The position numbers and the translations under genes were made by a program. DNA of 64,000 nucleotides. Source: Epiperipatus broadwayi (lineage: Eukaryota; Animalia; Onychophora). Below, piece by piece: positions 40,433 to 53,992 of this stretch. The notes under the pieces were generated by a model. It saw nothing but the letters and a program-made list of their open reading frames with translations. It made no database searches and was not told the DNA's origin. Location: positions 14,880,001 through 14,944,000 of the forward strand of contig JAQFVV010000010.1 in the NCBI GenBank assembly GCA_028023455.1, written 5' to 3'. The stretch's first letter is position 1, and each line of letters begins with the position of its first letter.

Positions 40433-41811
40433 TATTTCAATGTAAATTATTATGAATGAATGATAAGTGATTTTCTGAAAGCAATTAATTTTTTTACTAT
40501 ATCTTTTTTTCTAATTAAATAAAAAAAAAAAAATTTACTAATTGAAAAAAAAAAAATGTCTTTCTTAATTAATTCAAGAATAAGAGTATTGAATACAGAA
40601 GTAAAATTTGATACCTGTGAAAAACCGACTAGATTTGAGGAGGGGGGGGATATCAAATGGTTTGATTGTAATAAAGACATTATAAATCTAAAATAAATCA
40701 CCAAAAAAAAAAAAAACAACAACTAAACAGTAACACTGAAAGCTTTTTGAAGCATGTAATTAATAAAGGAAGATTAAAATAAATTAAATCTGTGATATAG
40801 AAAATTAAAAACAAATTGGTAATGGGTGGATGCATTAAAAAAATACTTACTGATTAAAAAATTGATAAAATGGACTGCCACATAACCAGGGAAGAAATAT
40901 TTTAAGCTATATTATGATGAAAGAAAACATGGAAAATTAAAACAGGATTCATGTGTTTTTGAATGCCTAACTTTCTGCCTTAAATAAAATTACAAAACAT
41001 TGTTCATAATAATAAATATAAAAAAAAATTATAACAATTACAAATCAAAAATCTATATACTGTACTTAACTGAGATATTTGTAAATGGAAAATCACATAG
41101 TCCTAAATGTCATAAGTTGGAATGGCTGATTTTATGGTTCAAAGAAGAGAAATTAACTGTATTAAAAAATGTAAGCAACAGGTGAATACTAAAAATATGA
41201 ACAATTGTGAAATTATGACTTATGCCCTTATCAACTCTTTATTTATTTGATTTTAGTACTCAATAGTTTAGTTGCACTATTTGCTTTCAAACAGGGAACT
41301 TCATATTGAATTTGTATACGAATTAAAGTATAGTAATAATCTGTTACAAATACAAGATTTAAAAATTAAATTTGATGGCTGAATTATTAATTTCAGAAGT
41401 AATAAATAAGTCAAAAATATTTAATATGTCTATTATGTATTTTATATTTTCTTTAAATCGGTAGAATATGTCTATTAGTCTGTATATATTAATATAAATG
41501 TATACATAAGTCTTTTAAAAAGACATATAAAATAATTTAATTTAGTGAATTATTTAATCATAATATAAATATGTGACAGTCTGTGGAAGATTTGAATATC
41601 ATTTGGAAACAAATTTGTATGTTACTCATGGATGTAAATGGCTTAATCATTGTTATCTTAAAAAATAATATTAAACACAAAATGTCCCACAATTTTAGCC
41701 TCAATCATGACACATCTGTGCAAAAAAGATGAATCTAAATAGTGTAGTTCAACTAGTGAAAATCAGTCAAAATTAATAAATGGAATCTAGACTGTATTGA
41801 AGCATGTAATT

Positions 41812-41929
41812 TTTTTTTTTTTTTCATATGTCATAGCGTCTGCCGGCAGGCGAACCCACAACAACCGTCTGCAACCAACTACTTGCTTGCAAGGTGGCTG
41901 CGCTGACCTCTCGGCTAACAATGCTTGAC
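41812..41929 (-). mobile_element. tRNA-Gly-derived SINE (subfamily C), tandem copy 1
   Basis: Poly(T) on plus; flanked by AGCATGTAATT (41801-41811, 41930-41940). Confidence 0.85.
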
Positions 41930-41940
41930 AGCATGTAATT

Positions 41941-42052
41941 ATTTTTTTTCCATATGTCATAGCGTCTGCCGGGAGGCGAACCCACAACCGTCTGCAACCA
42001 ACTACTTGCTTGCGAGGCAGCTGCACTGACCTCTCGGCTAACAATACTTGAC
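41941..42052 (-). mobile_element. tRNA-Gly-derived SINE (subfamily C), tandem copy 2
   Basis: Head-to-tail with copy 1; third AGCATGTAATT at 42053-42063. Confidence 0.85.
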
Positions 42053-43192
42053 AGCATGTAATTATTTTTAACATCATTATCACATGTAATAGTATTCAAA
42101 ATTAATACAAATTTATTAAAATAGTGGACATATTAATAATTTTCCATACATAAAGGTTCTACTTTCATCTTTTTATTATTTCTAGATTTACAATCACCAT
42201 AATCAATTAATGGATGTGTAATTCATTGTCAGATTTGCTGCAGGATCTCGAACTGTTCACAATTATGTCTCATGTTTCCAGAAGCATTTTCACACTTGCA
42301 TCAGATACATTATTGTTGAAGTAATGCTGTATTTAATAATTGAAAACTGTAAATAATCAAGCAAAATTATTTTATCTAATATTATGTGAATAATAATAAT
42401 GTAAGTTCTTAACCATTATATAACAGCTTGGACTAAATTCTGTATTTTGAAATAAAAGTATAAAAAGAGAAGGCTTCAAAGAAATAGATGCTTTCATTTA
42501 TCTGTTAGTCAACTGAGAAACTTGCTTACAATAGCTAAACTACACAAACCACTGCTGACTGAAGTGAAAATAAATATTTGCTAAAGAAACATTATCTCTA
42601 AAAGATAAACAAAGAATCAGTAATAAATATTCTTGTTATAAAAAAAAGTTTAAATAATACTAATGGATATATATATAAGCTTAGAAACCCTACCATATTG
42701 ATTTATTTATTTTTAATAAAAATTTAAGAAAATATTTATTATTTTTCCTATTTATAATTTTTTCCGGTGATTATAATGACAAATTTTGTTTCAAATATTG
42801 GTAATACAAAAATAATTGTATGAATATTGTAAGACTTCTCTATATTGTGGTGGAATGTTGATAAGTTTTTCAGGCCTCCACACTTTCATGGGAAACAATT
42901 CAGGTATTCTATACTTGGAGTATCAATTTTATATATAGGAATATAATAAGATTATATATGAAGCCAAGATTTTTATTTTTTTCTGGAATAATCCTAGTAA
43001 TTTATGACATATCACAAGTTTCCAGATGGGTTGATTCCTCCATACCTTGATAATCTTCTGAAATTAATCCATTAGCACAATTTAATCTAAAATAATTATA
43101 AAATGATAAATATTGATTATTATATAACAAGTCAAATATAAGTTGGTATTTTAAAGCAAAATATTGATATACATATATTGTTCTCACAAATT

Positions 43193-43287
43193 GTCAAGCA
43201 TTGGTGGTCGAGAGGTCAGCGACAGCTGCTTTACAAGCAGTTGTCCCGAGTTTCCCGGCTGATGCTATGACACATGAGAAAAAAAAA
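43193..43287 (+). mobile_element. tRNA-Gly-derived SINE (internally deleted)
   Basis: GTCAAGCATTGGTGGTCGAGAGG...CCCGGCTGATGCTATGACAC plus A tail. Confidence 0.8.
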
Positions 43288-43841
43288 TTGTTAGAAAAAG
43301 AAAAAAATAGCTAATTCTCTCTATTTGTTTAAATTTATGAAATGGCTGTATTAAGATATGTGTGTCCTATATTTTAATTTTGAATATTCATCTCACATGG
43401 ATATTTATAAAAAAATTAATAATGAACATTAATCTTTTAGCCATACAGTTTTAATTCAATATGACTTCTAGAAAATGCAATTTTTTTTTCAGCACAAGTA
43501 TTTTATTTTAGTGAGGCAATAAGAAAAAGGGGTTTTGTTTTTTTCGGAATGAACTCTCTTCTTAGTAATGTATACTTTCCAGTTATAGCACTATTTGGAG
43601 AGCATCAGTTCCATTCAAACTAAGAGTCTGACGTGAAATATAATAAAAACCTAAAGTATTCTCTCAAATACTCTTAAATTAATAAAGTAAGTTTTGGATA
43701 TGATTGGACATTTTTATTGAAATTTTCATTATTAAAAAAATTTTAAAAAAATTTGTGAGCAAAACAGGCCTGATAGCTGCTGTCATCAGTTGCAGAAAAT
43801 ATGGGAGATTTTTTTTTTTTTTTTTGACAAAGCCCAATTCT

Positions 43842-43993
43842 GTTATGGCATTTTAATGATGTCATGTAACATCTTTATCCTGAAAAGCAATCTCAATTCA
43901 TTTACAAAAGTGATTGGGTTATGGCATTTTGATGATGTCATGTAACATCTTTATCCTGAAAAGCAATCTCAATTCATTTACAAAAGTGATTGG
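43842..43993. repeat. 76-bp tandem duplication
   Basis: GTTATGGCATTTT...AAAGTGATTGG repeated at 43842 and 43918, nearly identical. Confidence 0.9.
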
Positions 43994-44091
43994 GTTTCCA
44001 ACTATTATTTCCAAATCATCTTTTGCTTATACATGTTTATAAAAACTGATTTTCATGCTTATTTGTTAGCAGAATAATTAATTTGTAGTTA

Positions 44092-44396
44092 AACCACTAA
44101 CATCACATGTTACCATTTCTTGTGCTTACTCATAACTTATTAAAACAGGCAAAACTCTCCATACAGTAGTGCCACTCGGTGCAAGCCAGAATAATCAATG
44201 GATCCTAAGATCTAGGTGCAGTGTTCTCAGATCCAGTGTTTCTCACTGACAAAAGTCACAAGCTAGAAATTAGTCTGAAGATATTCGATGAGTAGGCACT
44301 AGATAGGAATTTTACGCACAAGCCTTCTGGCTTCCATTGATTGATTACTCTGGCTTGCACTGAGTGGCACTACTGTTTGGAAAGTTTTGCCTGTTC
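44092..44396 (+). mobile_element. HHR repeat family B, inverted-pair insertion
   Basis: Inverted arm 44092-~44205; forward arm with HHR 44241-44281 (CTGACAA, G8 lost); perfect 13-bp TSD TAATTTGTAGTTA (44079-44091, 44397-44409). Confidence 0.85.
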
Positions 44397-44784
44397 TAAT
44401 TTGTAGTTATATATCATTAAAAAATCAAATCAAGTATTTCAGTACTATTTAGCATCTCTGTCATTTTAAATCTTGAAAGAAAAAAAAAGTGAGGTAGATA
44501 AGCATGTAATTGTTCTCAAGAAATCTTTAAGATATGTATTTTTGAAGCATTTTAAAACCATTAATTATTAAGAATATATATATATAATTTATAATTCTCT
44601 GGAATAATTATATAATACTTGATAATGAATAAAATAATAAAAAAAATCTAAATTATAAAGCATAAGATACATGTATATTAGAAAGATTATTTAGAAATGT
44701 AATATAGAAGAATAATTACATTTATTAATGTTTATAAAATGATTAAGAAATAATATCTAATATAATTATTAAGAAATATATATC

Positions 44785-45250
44785 TAAACTATAATCAGAA
44801 AATAATAATGAATTCTTTATAACAGCTGTATAAATCTCAATAATAATATTACACATAAAAAACTTTTTTCAACACCTGGTTTGGTGCCCTTTTCAAATGT
44901 TACTAATCTATTTAACATTAACGAACTATTTCAGACATAAAATCGTCTAGTGTTCAATAATGGAATTAAAACAAGCAATAACAATATAAATCATTAAAGT
45001 AAATCAAAACCATCATATGTAAATCCAGTAATTACAAAATAATTGACTATATAATAACAATACATTAAACTAATATTACATGCATATCTTTTTTACAATT
45101 ATATATATATCATTTTATATAATTTCCCATTCATTTTTAATTAAGGAATTGTTAACCAAACCAGGTGTTGAAAAAGGCTTTTTATGTGTAATATTATTAC
45201 TGAGATTTATATAGCTGTTATTAAGAATTCATTATTATTTTCTGATATTA
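44785..45250 (-). mobile_element. PLE-type inverted repeat with U3:A8 hammerhead
   Basis: ~100-bp arms (~44785-44885, ~45156-45250) around an AT-rich spacer; the left arm carries the full motif and the right arm its 3' half. Confidence 0.65.
44851..44900 (-). ncRNA. Type-I hammerhead, U3:A8 core variant
   Basis: ACAT-TTGAAAA-G-GGCACC-aaacca-GGTGTT-GAAA-AAAGTTTT-TT-ATGT; the two arms give consensus palindrome AAAAGCTTTT. Confidence 0.55.
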
Positions 45251-46132
45251 TTTTATGGAAGACAGCATAAAGATTATTATTCTTTTACAATTTTGATGAC
45301 ATCTAAATATACTGTAATAATAATAAAATGCTTATAAATAGAATAAATTAATGCTGTTGAAGTATTAATAAAATTTTGTTGTATAAATTTTTTAAAACAA
45401 ATTGTATTTTCTCCTTATAAGGAAAAGAAAAGTACAATTGTGGTATTTGATGATCATTTATTCATTAGATCAAATGGCCTTCAGGTGTCATATAATAAAA
45501 TGGTTTATTGATTAAGAATTCATAAAAAGTTGGAACACTAAAATTATAGGGTTAAATCATGATCCATTCTACCCAAATTGCCACACCATGCAAGCACTTA
45601 AATTCCAAAATCGGTAAAACAAATAAATAATGTCATCTTATTTATTCAGAATGATACCTGCTCCCTTCCTTTTCTCTATCTTGAATCATTCTCACAATTT
45701 TTGCGCATTTTCTCCAATTTTATTTTTTAAATAGAAAACAAACGAAAAAAGTTTTAATATTTTTATTATTATTGATTATTATTTATCTTCCATTAGGGAG
45801 TTCTCATATCATCTTCACCAATTTTTTCTATCTTTAACTCTTTTCTTCAAATAATCAAAATATTACCTTTGTGAAGATCATCTTTTATCCTATTTAAATG
45901 TCTTTTCTTAGATCCCTTCAGCTTATATCTCAAAAATCTGTACTTTTTTTTTTGTCATCTGTTTTTCTCATCATTAATTTTTACTTTAGAAGCCCTCGAA
46001 TCAAATTTTTCATTCTGTTTTTGTTAATTTTTTTTTTTTTTCTGTAAATATTTAACATTTCTAACCTTTCTATGTTTTGCTGACTAACTATCATTTTAAA
46101 TTTATTCTTCTAAATTTATTAAATCAACTTTA

Positions 46133-46506
46133 TAGGACAGACTTTCACTCTCCGCACTATCTCATAACACTGATGCACTTGAACACATATGTTGAAAAGA
46201 TGAATAATCACCAATATACATATTTTATGCTAAAACAGCAATCATCAGTTGGTCCAGATTACCATCTCTACACATATATGCTATAAGTGCTCTGATATAT
46301 ATTAAGATAGCCAAACCTCATACTTTAATGGACAGGCTTCAATCTACTCCACACCCCAACTCTTCAACCATCCATCCAATTGAAAATCTGATGATGGAAT
46401 GCTTAAAGGTCACCACGAGGCCGAGATTCTTGTCATACCCATGTCGACCGAAGGTCAATCTGGCCCCTCATGTACAGGACATAATAATAAGCCTGTGTGT
46501 TTCAGT
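46133..46506 (-). mobile_element. HHR repeat family A with short inverted tail
   Basis: HHR 46210-46253 (GAAA mutated to AAAA); inverted tail ~46486-46506; perfect 13-bp TSD TAAATCAACTTTA (46120-46132, 46507-46519). Confidence 0.85.
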
Positions 46507-47084
46507 TAAATCAACTTTAATAATTATTAATATATATTTCATTGTAGAAATTATATTTAAAGTTCAATTTGTATTACACCAACAATATTTGAGAAATGTT
46601 GTTTAATGAAAAGTTAAGAAAAATAAAAATTTATGTTTCTATTTCCCTCATTCCTACCTCTCTTTAACGCTTTTTTATTTCAAAAGCTTCCAATACCTCG
46701 TTTGCTTTTTTAAATTACTGCAGGAACATATTAGGTAAGAATTTCCTTCATTGTATAGGCAAATAACACTGGAAATAACCGATACATTATTCTTTATATA
46801 CATATTGTGAGCTGTTTACAAAATTGCATTTAATACTTTTATCTTAAGAATTGTTTATGAATAAAGATCGCCTACTTATATACTGTAAATATTTGAAGTA
46901 TATATAATCCAGATTTTTGAAGAAATGAATAATGCATTTCACACGTGGCAGTCATATTTAGAAAGATTATTTTATTTCCAATACTAAATCTAAACAAATG
47001 CTAAATGATGCAAATGTTTTCTCCCATTCTATTTAAATTTAATTTAAATGATTTAACAAATTACCTAGATAATTCAACTGACAG

Positions 47085-47950
47085 TATCATCATAATCAAC
47101 CATTATTGATCTACTGCGGAATGAAAGTCTCTCCAAGTCTATTCCAGTTTCTCCAATCTCTAGTCTCTCTTCTCCACAAGACCCAGTACCCTTCTTTATT
47201 TCCTCCATCAATCTCACATTGGACTCTTTCTAGGTCTTTTATAATCTCTTGGAATTCAGTTTAAGATTTCAACTGACCATCTATTATCATCTCTTCTAGC
47301 AATATGTTCAGACAAACTCCATTTCAGTTTCTTAATTTTTTTGAATGATGTTAGTGATACCTGTGTGTTCTTTTACTGATGTATTTCATTTTCAATTTCT
47401 TACTTGTTACTCCTAACATACATCTGTCCATACTTCATTGAATTGTCTTAAGTTTTTATATTGCTCTTCTGTTAAGTATCCAAGTCTCAGATCCATAAGT
47501 AAGAACTGGTAAAATACATTCAATAAAAAATCTTCCTTTTACAACATATAAGTATATTTACTTTTTAATATTAAATTATGTTTATCAAAAGCATTCCAAT
47601 CAAGTTTAGTTTAATTCTATGAATTATTTTATCCATTATGTTCCCATCTGTAGCAATAATCTGACCAAGATATTTGTAATTGCTAACTTCTAACCCATTA
47701 TTATCAATCCTTTTTTTTTTTTTTTTGAGAAAATTCAGTGAACATTATTTTAGTCTCTTTAACATTTACCTTTAGTTCTACTTTCTTCCTTTCATATGAT
47801 AACTTTTGCAACATTTTTTGAAGATCTGAAGCATTATTTTCAAAAATAGTTACATCATCTGCAAAATTTAGATGACTTAAATAACTTCCATTTATTTTTA
47901 CTCCTTTGGCTTCACATTTTAATTCACAAAACACTTCCTTGCAAAACTGC
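47085..47950 (-). mobile_element. RTE-clade LINE, 5'-truncated
   Basis: GVKINGSYLSHLNFADDVTIF...LQKML...VNVKETKIM, then YKYLGQ and the RTE C-terminus and tail. Confidence 0.9.
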
Positions 47951-48979
47951 TGTAAAAAGTTTTGGAGATATTTAAATCATTTTTTCAAACCAAAAGCAGT
48001 GCGCCATTTGGAGAAGTTTGACCATATGTATCCTCAATTTGCAGTGACATCACTGAGGTGATATATCTTTGAAAGTGAAAATCAGAAAAGATATCTTGGT
48101 ATCATGTGAGGTTGATATATCCATAAGTTAAATTTATTTAATAGGATAATGTGAATTAGAATGGTATTAGGAAGCATTGATACTGCTATTTTTTTATGTA
48201 AATAATTAAGATATGATTTATATAAAAAAAATTTATTGGTGAAGGTAAGCTTGAATTAAAGTTATATGACAATTTTTTATCTAATCAGTGAAGCAGATTG
48301 ACCAGTTTATATCTGCACACTGATGAAAATCGTTTTGGAATAAATTCTAGTCAGCATTATAAAATTAAGTATTGGGGTGAATAATAGCACTTTGTAAATA
48401 TTTCCCATACTTTTTTTTTTTTTCATTTAAACATTGATAGAATGTCCACAGAAAACTTTGTATTGCACAATTTATAAATGATAAATTAGAATTTTATTAT
48501 TGTAAAATTTAGCAAAATATTTTAGTATTGGATTAGGAATTGTGTTGTTGAACTTAGCATAAATTATGTTGCTTCTTTCTTCAAATAATTTCTTTTATGC
48601 AGAAACTGATTTATATTTTTATTTTGTGCTGCTGTCTGTGTTCTTTAAACAAAAGTATCAATTAAATTTGAAGAAGAAAAACTTCTTGTGATTATAGAAT
48701 CAGCCGTTTATCAACAGTATTGCTTGATTCTTGTTTCCCACACTTTTAAACAAGAGTTGGCATTAACACTTGTTAATAAAAGGCTAGATGCATTGAAGTA
48801 CAACAAGATAGACTAAATTTAACACATTTTTGTTTGCACTGTAGACTTAAGTTTAAATTAGCTCATCTTCATATTTTCAGATTAATGAGTAATTTGAATA
48901 TATTTTAAAACTAATTTTTATAACATAATTACACATCACAATTTAAATATAGCTTAATCTTTAAAAATGTAATTTAAAA

Positions 48980-49170
48980 ATAAATAAGTACAAAAGTATT
49001 TAGAGAAAAGCTTTAATTCAATCTTCAATTAGCATGATATACCTAGCATTCTTTTGACTCTAAGTATGAGGATGACTATTAAATAGTTGAAAACATGCTA
49101 GACATCCCATACTAATTAACGATTAAATTAAAGCTTTTCTCTAAATACTTTTATATGTATTTATTTTTTG
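48980..49170. mobile_element. Small PLE-type inverted repeat with degenerate hammerhead
   Basis: Arms ~48980-49058 and ~49085-49170; plus 49066-49103 ATGAGGA-T-GACTAT-taa-ATAGTT-GAAA-ACATGCT-A; arm consensus palindrome AGCATGCT. Confidence 0.55.
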
Positions 49171-51573
49171 ACTAAAATAATTACAGTAAAGCCTCATTAT
49201 GCTCTATATCAATATACCCTATTTCAGTTATACCTTTTCCAAAAAAAAAAAAAACAACAACAAAAGTATTATAAATAAATTAAAAAGCTAAAACATTTTC
49301 AAATTTGTAAATCTGATAAAATGTACAATATGGCAGTAACGATTTTTTTATCTTTGAATACTATACACGATTATATTTATCTAATTGTGCTTCTTCAGGT
49401 TACATTGAAAGTGCATTCATTTTAATTTTTGCTTCTTTTATTCTTTTTTAATTTTGATGTGGTACAGTATTTCATGTAATAAAATGTTTTCTAAGTGTAA
49501 AGCTAATTTTTTTACAAAATTAAAGATTCATAAAATATACTTTTTAAATGATAAAATGAAAATTAATAGTTTAGTAGTGTCATTAAAAAAGAACTATAAA
49601 ATATTCTTGTATTGCTGTCAAATGTTTTAAAGTTTGAAGAGTTTAATTGACAATCTAAAGTTGATAACAGCAATCAGTGGTGGTGACAGTTTAATTATGA
49701 AGTTTATCTGCTTTTAAAAACATCAAAATAATTAGAAAGGCCTCAATATGCTTATAATGAGAATGTTGAAGAAGAATATTGTCCAGAACATATTTAATTG
49801 CTATGAAAGTTTAACATTTGGCTATTCATTTTATTTTTTAAAAAACAAATACCTGGAAGTTTTTATTATTTTTTGATAAATATAAATAAGTAACATATAA
49901 TAAATGTGTATGTAAAAGTCTTTTTTTAATTTATCATTAATAATTACATTATTATTATTTTTTAAGTTTGTTTATAATATAATCTTAATTTTTATATGTA
50001 TACTACACCCATAAAAACATATCTTACTGTATATATTTATGGATTTTAAAAGTACAGTTGTAATACAGTGAACAATATGGATTATATTGTAATCAAAACT
50101 TATCAACAAAATATGAACTATTATATGTCATGTACAATGTACTTGGAACAAAAATGATATCATAGCTGTTGCTCTTAAAACAGATTTTGCACAAAGCAGT
50201 AAAAAAAAAAAAATAGTAAGCAAGAAGAAATATTTTTATTTTTCTCAGCCGATATACAGCATAGATTTGTATTGCAGAAATAAACTACTGTGACAGCACC
50301 TTCATTTTAGAGTTGTATCACTAATATAATATTAATGAGTCCCACATCATTAGAATGTTCAATTAATGATACAAATCTTGGATTGGTTTATTTACTTATA
50401 GTAAAAATTATTTCTAATATATTTGTATTTTTCTTCCTCTTTTGCTCCTCTCTCTTGGAATTTGAATAGCCATACTTGTTTACAAGTTGCCGCCACTGAC
50501 CGTGATGAAAATATATGCATCTATATTTTGTGTCTATTTTTTTTTATTCGTTGTTTGGAGGAAAAAAACTGAATAAAAATAATAATAGTTTTGGGGAACT
50601 GGATATAATAATTTTAGCATTGATTGTCAAGGTAACATATATCCACACACATGCATTTGTGGACGTATAATGTAAATCTGTGTAAGCATCGAAGAAATTG
50701 AGTAGAAAGTGGTTTTCGTTTTTTAAATAATAGCCATTTTAGTTTTGCTGTCAAACTGTTTTATTATACTTTTCTAACCCTCCTCTTTTATTTGAAAAGT
50801 CATGCAGATATTGTTCTTTCTTAGTTGAATGATTCTGACCATTAATCTACCCAGGAGTTGTGATGTATCATCTGTAAAAGCAGGTGTAGTAACCTTGACG
50901 CAAAAACAAAACTCAATTTATTTCATACTTGCACGTCAGGAATCTATTTGCCATGGCTTTTACTTGTTTGTTTCTGATTTGATTTACATTTTTATATGCT
51001 GCCTGAATTACAATCAGAAAGAAAAAAAAAGTAGCTTGTAGCTATGCTATAAACCTCTATAATTTATTTACGAGAGAGCCCAAATGTTTGAGTTGAACTA
51101 ATTTGCATGTAAAAATATATATTTATTTTTCAGTCTTTTTTTTCCCATTGCTGAAGTTTATAACGGAACAAAACTGTCAATCTTTATTGACCGATGGTGG
51201 TTTAGCAATTGTGAAAAATATTAAATTTTAACTACACAGGCGATGTAAAGGAAATTGAAGTGCAACTTCTCATCAAAACACATTTAAAAAATGTGTCCTC
51301 ATCAAAAGTAAATATAAAATGAAATAAGGAAATGTTTTCAGTTTCAAAAATTTGTTTTGTAATTAATAGCAATTCTCTTTCTCTCGCTCTCTTTTTTTTT
51401 TTTTACCTTAATTGTATTTTCGAAATGGGGAGTATGAGTATGATTATGAAATTGATATTTTTTTTCCTAGTTTTAATTTGATCACCGAATTTTATTTTCT
51501 CTAACATATTATCGGTGAGAAATGAAACACTATTCTTTTATAACTATCTTACAGTAAAAAAAAATGTTATTGA

Positions 51574-51781
51574 TTATCATCATCAACCATTATCAATCCA
51601 CTGCAGGATGAAAGTCTCTCCAAGTTCAGTCCATCTTCTCCGATCTTTACTTCTCTTCTCCACATCATTCCTGCACACTTTCTTATTTCATCCATCCATC
51701 TCACATGTGGTCTCTTTCTGAGTCGTTTACAATCTCTTGGAATCCAGTTTAAGATTTTAATTGTCCATTTATTATCATCTA
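51574..51781 (-). mobile_element. RTE-clade LINE 3' fragment
   Basis: Homologous to 11821-12090 (CAGTGGATTGATAATGGTTGATGATGATAA end). Confidence 0.85.
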
Positions 51782-53351
51782 TTATTATATAAGCGTAAAT
51801 ATTTTATTAATTATCTGGGTTTTGAGATTTTTTTTATGAATATTTAATAACGCAACCATCCTGACTGAATTTAATATGTTGTGGATTTTAGTGTGATGTT
51901 AGAGGACAAACTCGAGAGCTTTAGTTCATTATAAAAGTAAAAATGAATAAATTGTCAATTGAATGAGTATTCATTGCTACTTGGATGTTCTAATGTTACA
52001 TGAGACCCTGAGCGACTTGACTACATAACTTTTTTTATATACTGAATTTAATTATCAGGAAATAACTTAGCATTAATGTATAAGAAAATTTGTGTGATTT
52101 ATGCTAGAAACATATTATGAATAATTAGTATTACATTTGATCATCAGTGAGCTTACTGAATATGCACCTCTAGAGGTTTGGCAGCACAATATCATGCAAA
52201 GTCTCATGTATTTTAGTAAGATAAATAACTTTTTTAAATTAGAAGAAAAAAAATTATAAATTGAGTATAATTCTTCAACTGAAAACACTATTTCAAAAAA
52301 CAAACTTTAAGAAATCAACAAGAATAAAATTCATAATAATACAACATCAAATTGTAATAAACATTTAAATTACAATTAATTTTCACAATTATATTGTTTG
52401 TTAAATTATTAATTTAACACTTCATGTGAGAGTTTAACAGAATTGAAACATAAGGATTCTTCTATTAAGTACATAAAATAGAAAAATAATCATGCACGAA
52501 TCTCATGAAAGTTGTTTCTTTTTTTAAATTACAGTAGATATTTTTTTCTGGTTTTATTAATCTTCTAGAGCCATTCCAGTAATTTTGACACTTGAGGTAG
52601 ATCAGTCTAACAGTGCTGTCTTATAGATGGTCTTAGAAAAATTCTATTGATTAGAAAAATGCTGCTACTATGGTGTGTGCTTAGACCAAATTTAGACATT
52701 TTGCTTGTCATGAGGCACCACATAGGAAATCCCATTTATTATTCATATTCTCTGAGCCATGCTACACAATTTTGGTGACTGAGTCAAACTTATAAATAAT
52801 GCCTTCCCCTCTAAATGCTATCAATAAAAATTTGGTGTCATTATAGAAAGTGTTCTATTTGACTTTGGAAGATATCTACCTACCAGCTAATACCACATAG
52901 AAGTGATCAATGAAAAATCTAATCCAGAAGAAATAAAATATGTTTTTGTTATTGAAGTATTCCTTAATAAATTAATTATTGACAGTAAGTGGGTTAAATA
53001 AAAAAGCTGTAAGAAGTTATCTGTAAAAGTAAGTGTACATATTTATTTTTGAATATATGATCATGATGAAAACAATTTATGTTTTAGCAAGTAAACAATA
53101 CAAAAGTAATACATAAAAAAATAATTATCGCAATTGGTGTGTAGTAAGTGAATACAATCCCTAAGCAATAAAATGCAGGTGTGAGGCCAAATACAAAATG
53201 AATAGGTCTTAATTTTGTATTTTGCATTGAAACTAATTTACTATAATGAGTGTATAGGGTATATGAGCACAGACTTTCACACCACCCACCACTCCCCACT
53301 CTATCTCATAACACTGATACACTTGATCACATATATGTTGAAAAGATAATC

Positions 53352-53395
53352 ACCAATATACTTATTTCATGCTAAACCAGCAATCATCAGTTGGT
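53352..53395 (-). ncRNA. Type-I hammerhead (family A)
   Basis: ACCAA-CTGATGA-TTGCT-ggttt-AGCAT-GAAA-TAAGTA-TA-TTGGT; core intact. Confidence 0.8.
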
Positions 53396-53948
53396 CCAGA
53401 TTACCATCTCCACACATATATGCTATAAGTACTCAGATATATATTAAGATAGCCAATCTTCATACTTTAATGGACAGGCTTCAATCTACTCCTCACTCCA
53501 ACTCTTCAATCGTCTATCTAATTGAAAATCTGATAATGAAATGCTCAAAGGCCACCCTTAGGCCGAGATTCTTGTCACACCCATGTTGACCTAAGGTCAA
53601 TCTGACTCCTCATGTTAGGACAATCCATTTAATGCATATACAATGGATGGGCAGACATCTCTACTATGTAATAACTGAAACACAGGCATATTATATACCT
53701 GTGTCTATATTAAATGAATATGTCCTGTATGTGAGTGGTCAGATTGACCTTAGGTCAACATGGGTATGACAAGAATCTCGGCCTAAGGGTGGCCTTTGAG
53801 CGTTCCATTATCAGATTTTCAATTGGATGGACAATTGAAGAGTTGGAGTGATGAATAGATTGAAGCCTGTCCATTAAAGTATGAAGATTGGCTATCTTAA
53901 TATATATCTGAGCACTTATAGCATATATGTGTGGAGATGGTAATCTGG

Positions 53949-53992
53949 ACCAACTGATGATTGCTGGTTTAGCATGAAATACAAATATTGGT
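53949..53992 (+). ncRNA. Type-I hammerhead (family A)
   Basis: ACCAA-CTGATGA-TTGCT-ggttt-AGCAT-GAAA-TACAAA-TA-TTGGT; core intact, palindrome eroded. Confidence 0.75.

Noticed and set aside
48315-48360. CTGATGAAAATC...CTAGTC resembling the family B HHR
   Set aside because: GAAA and helix I are missing and the flanks are not family B.
53528-53710. Antisense hammerhead in family A (CTGATGA/CTGATAA plus GAAACACAGG...CCTGTGTC), which would imply an ambisense viroid-like RNA
   Set aside because: Helix III and GUC exist, but neither helix I nor helix II can form with either candidate core. Treated as a plain terminal hairpin.
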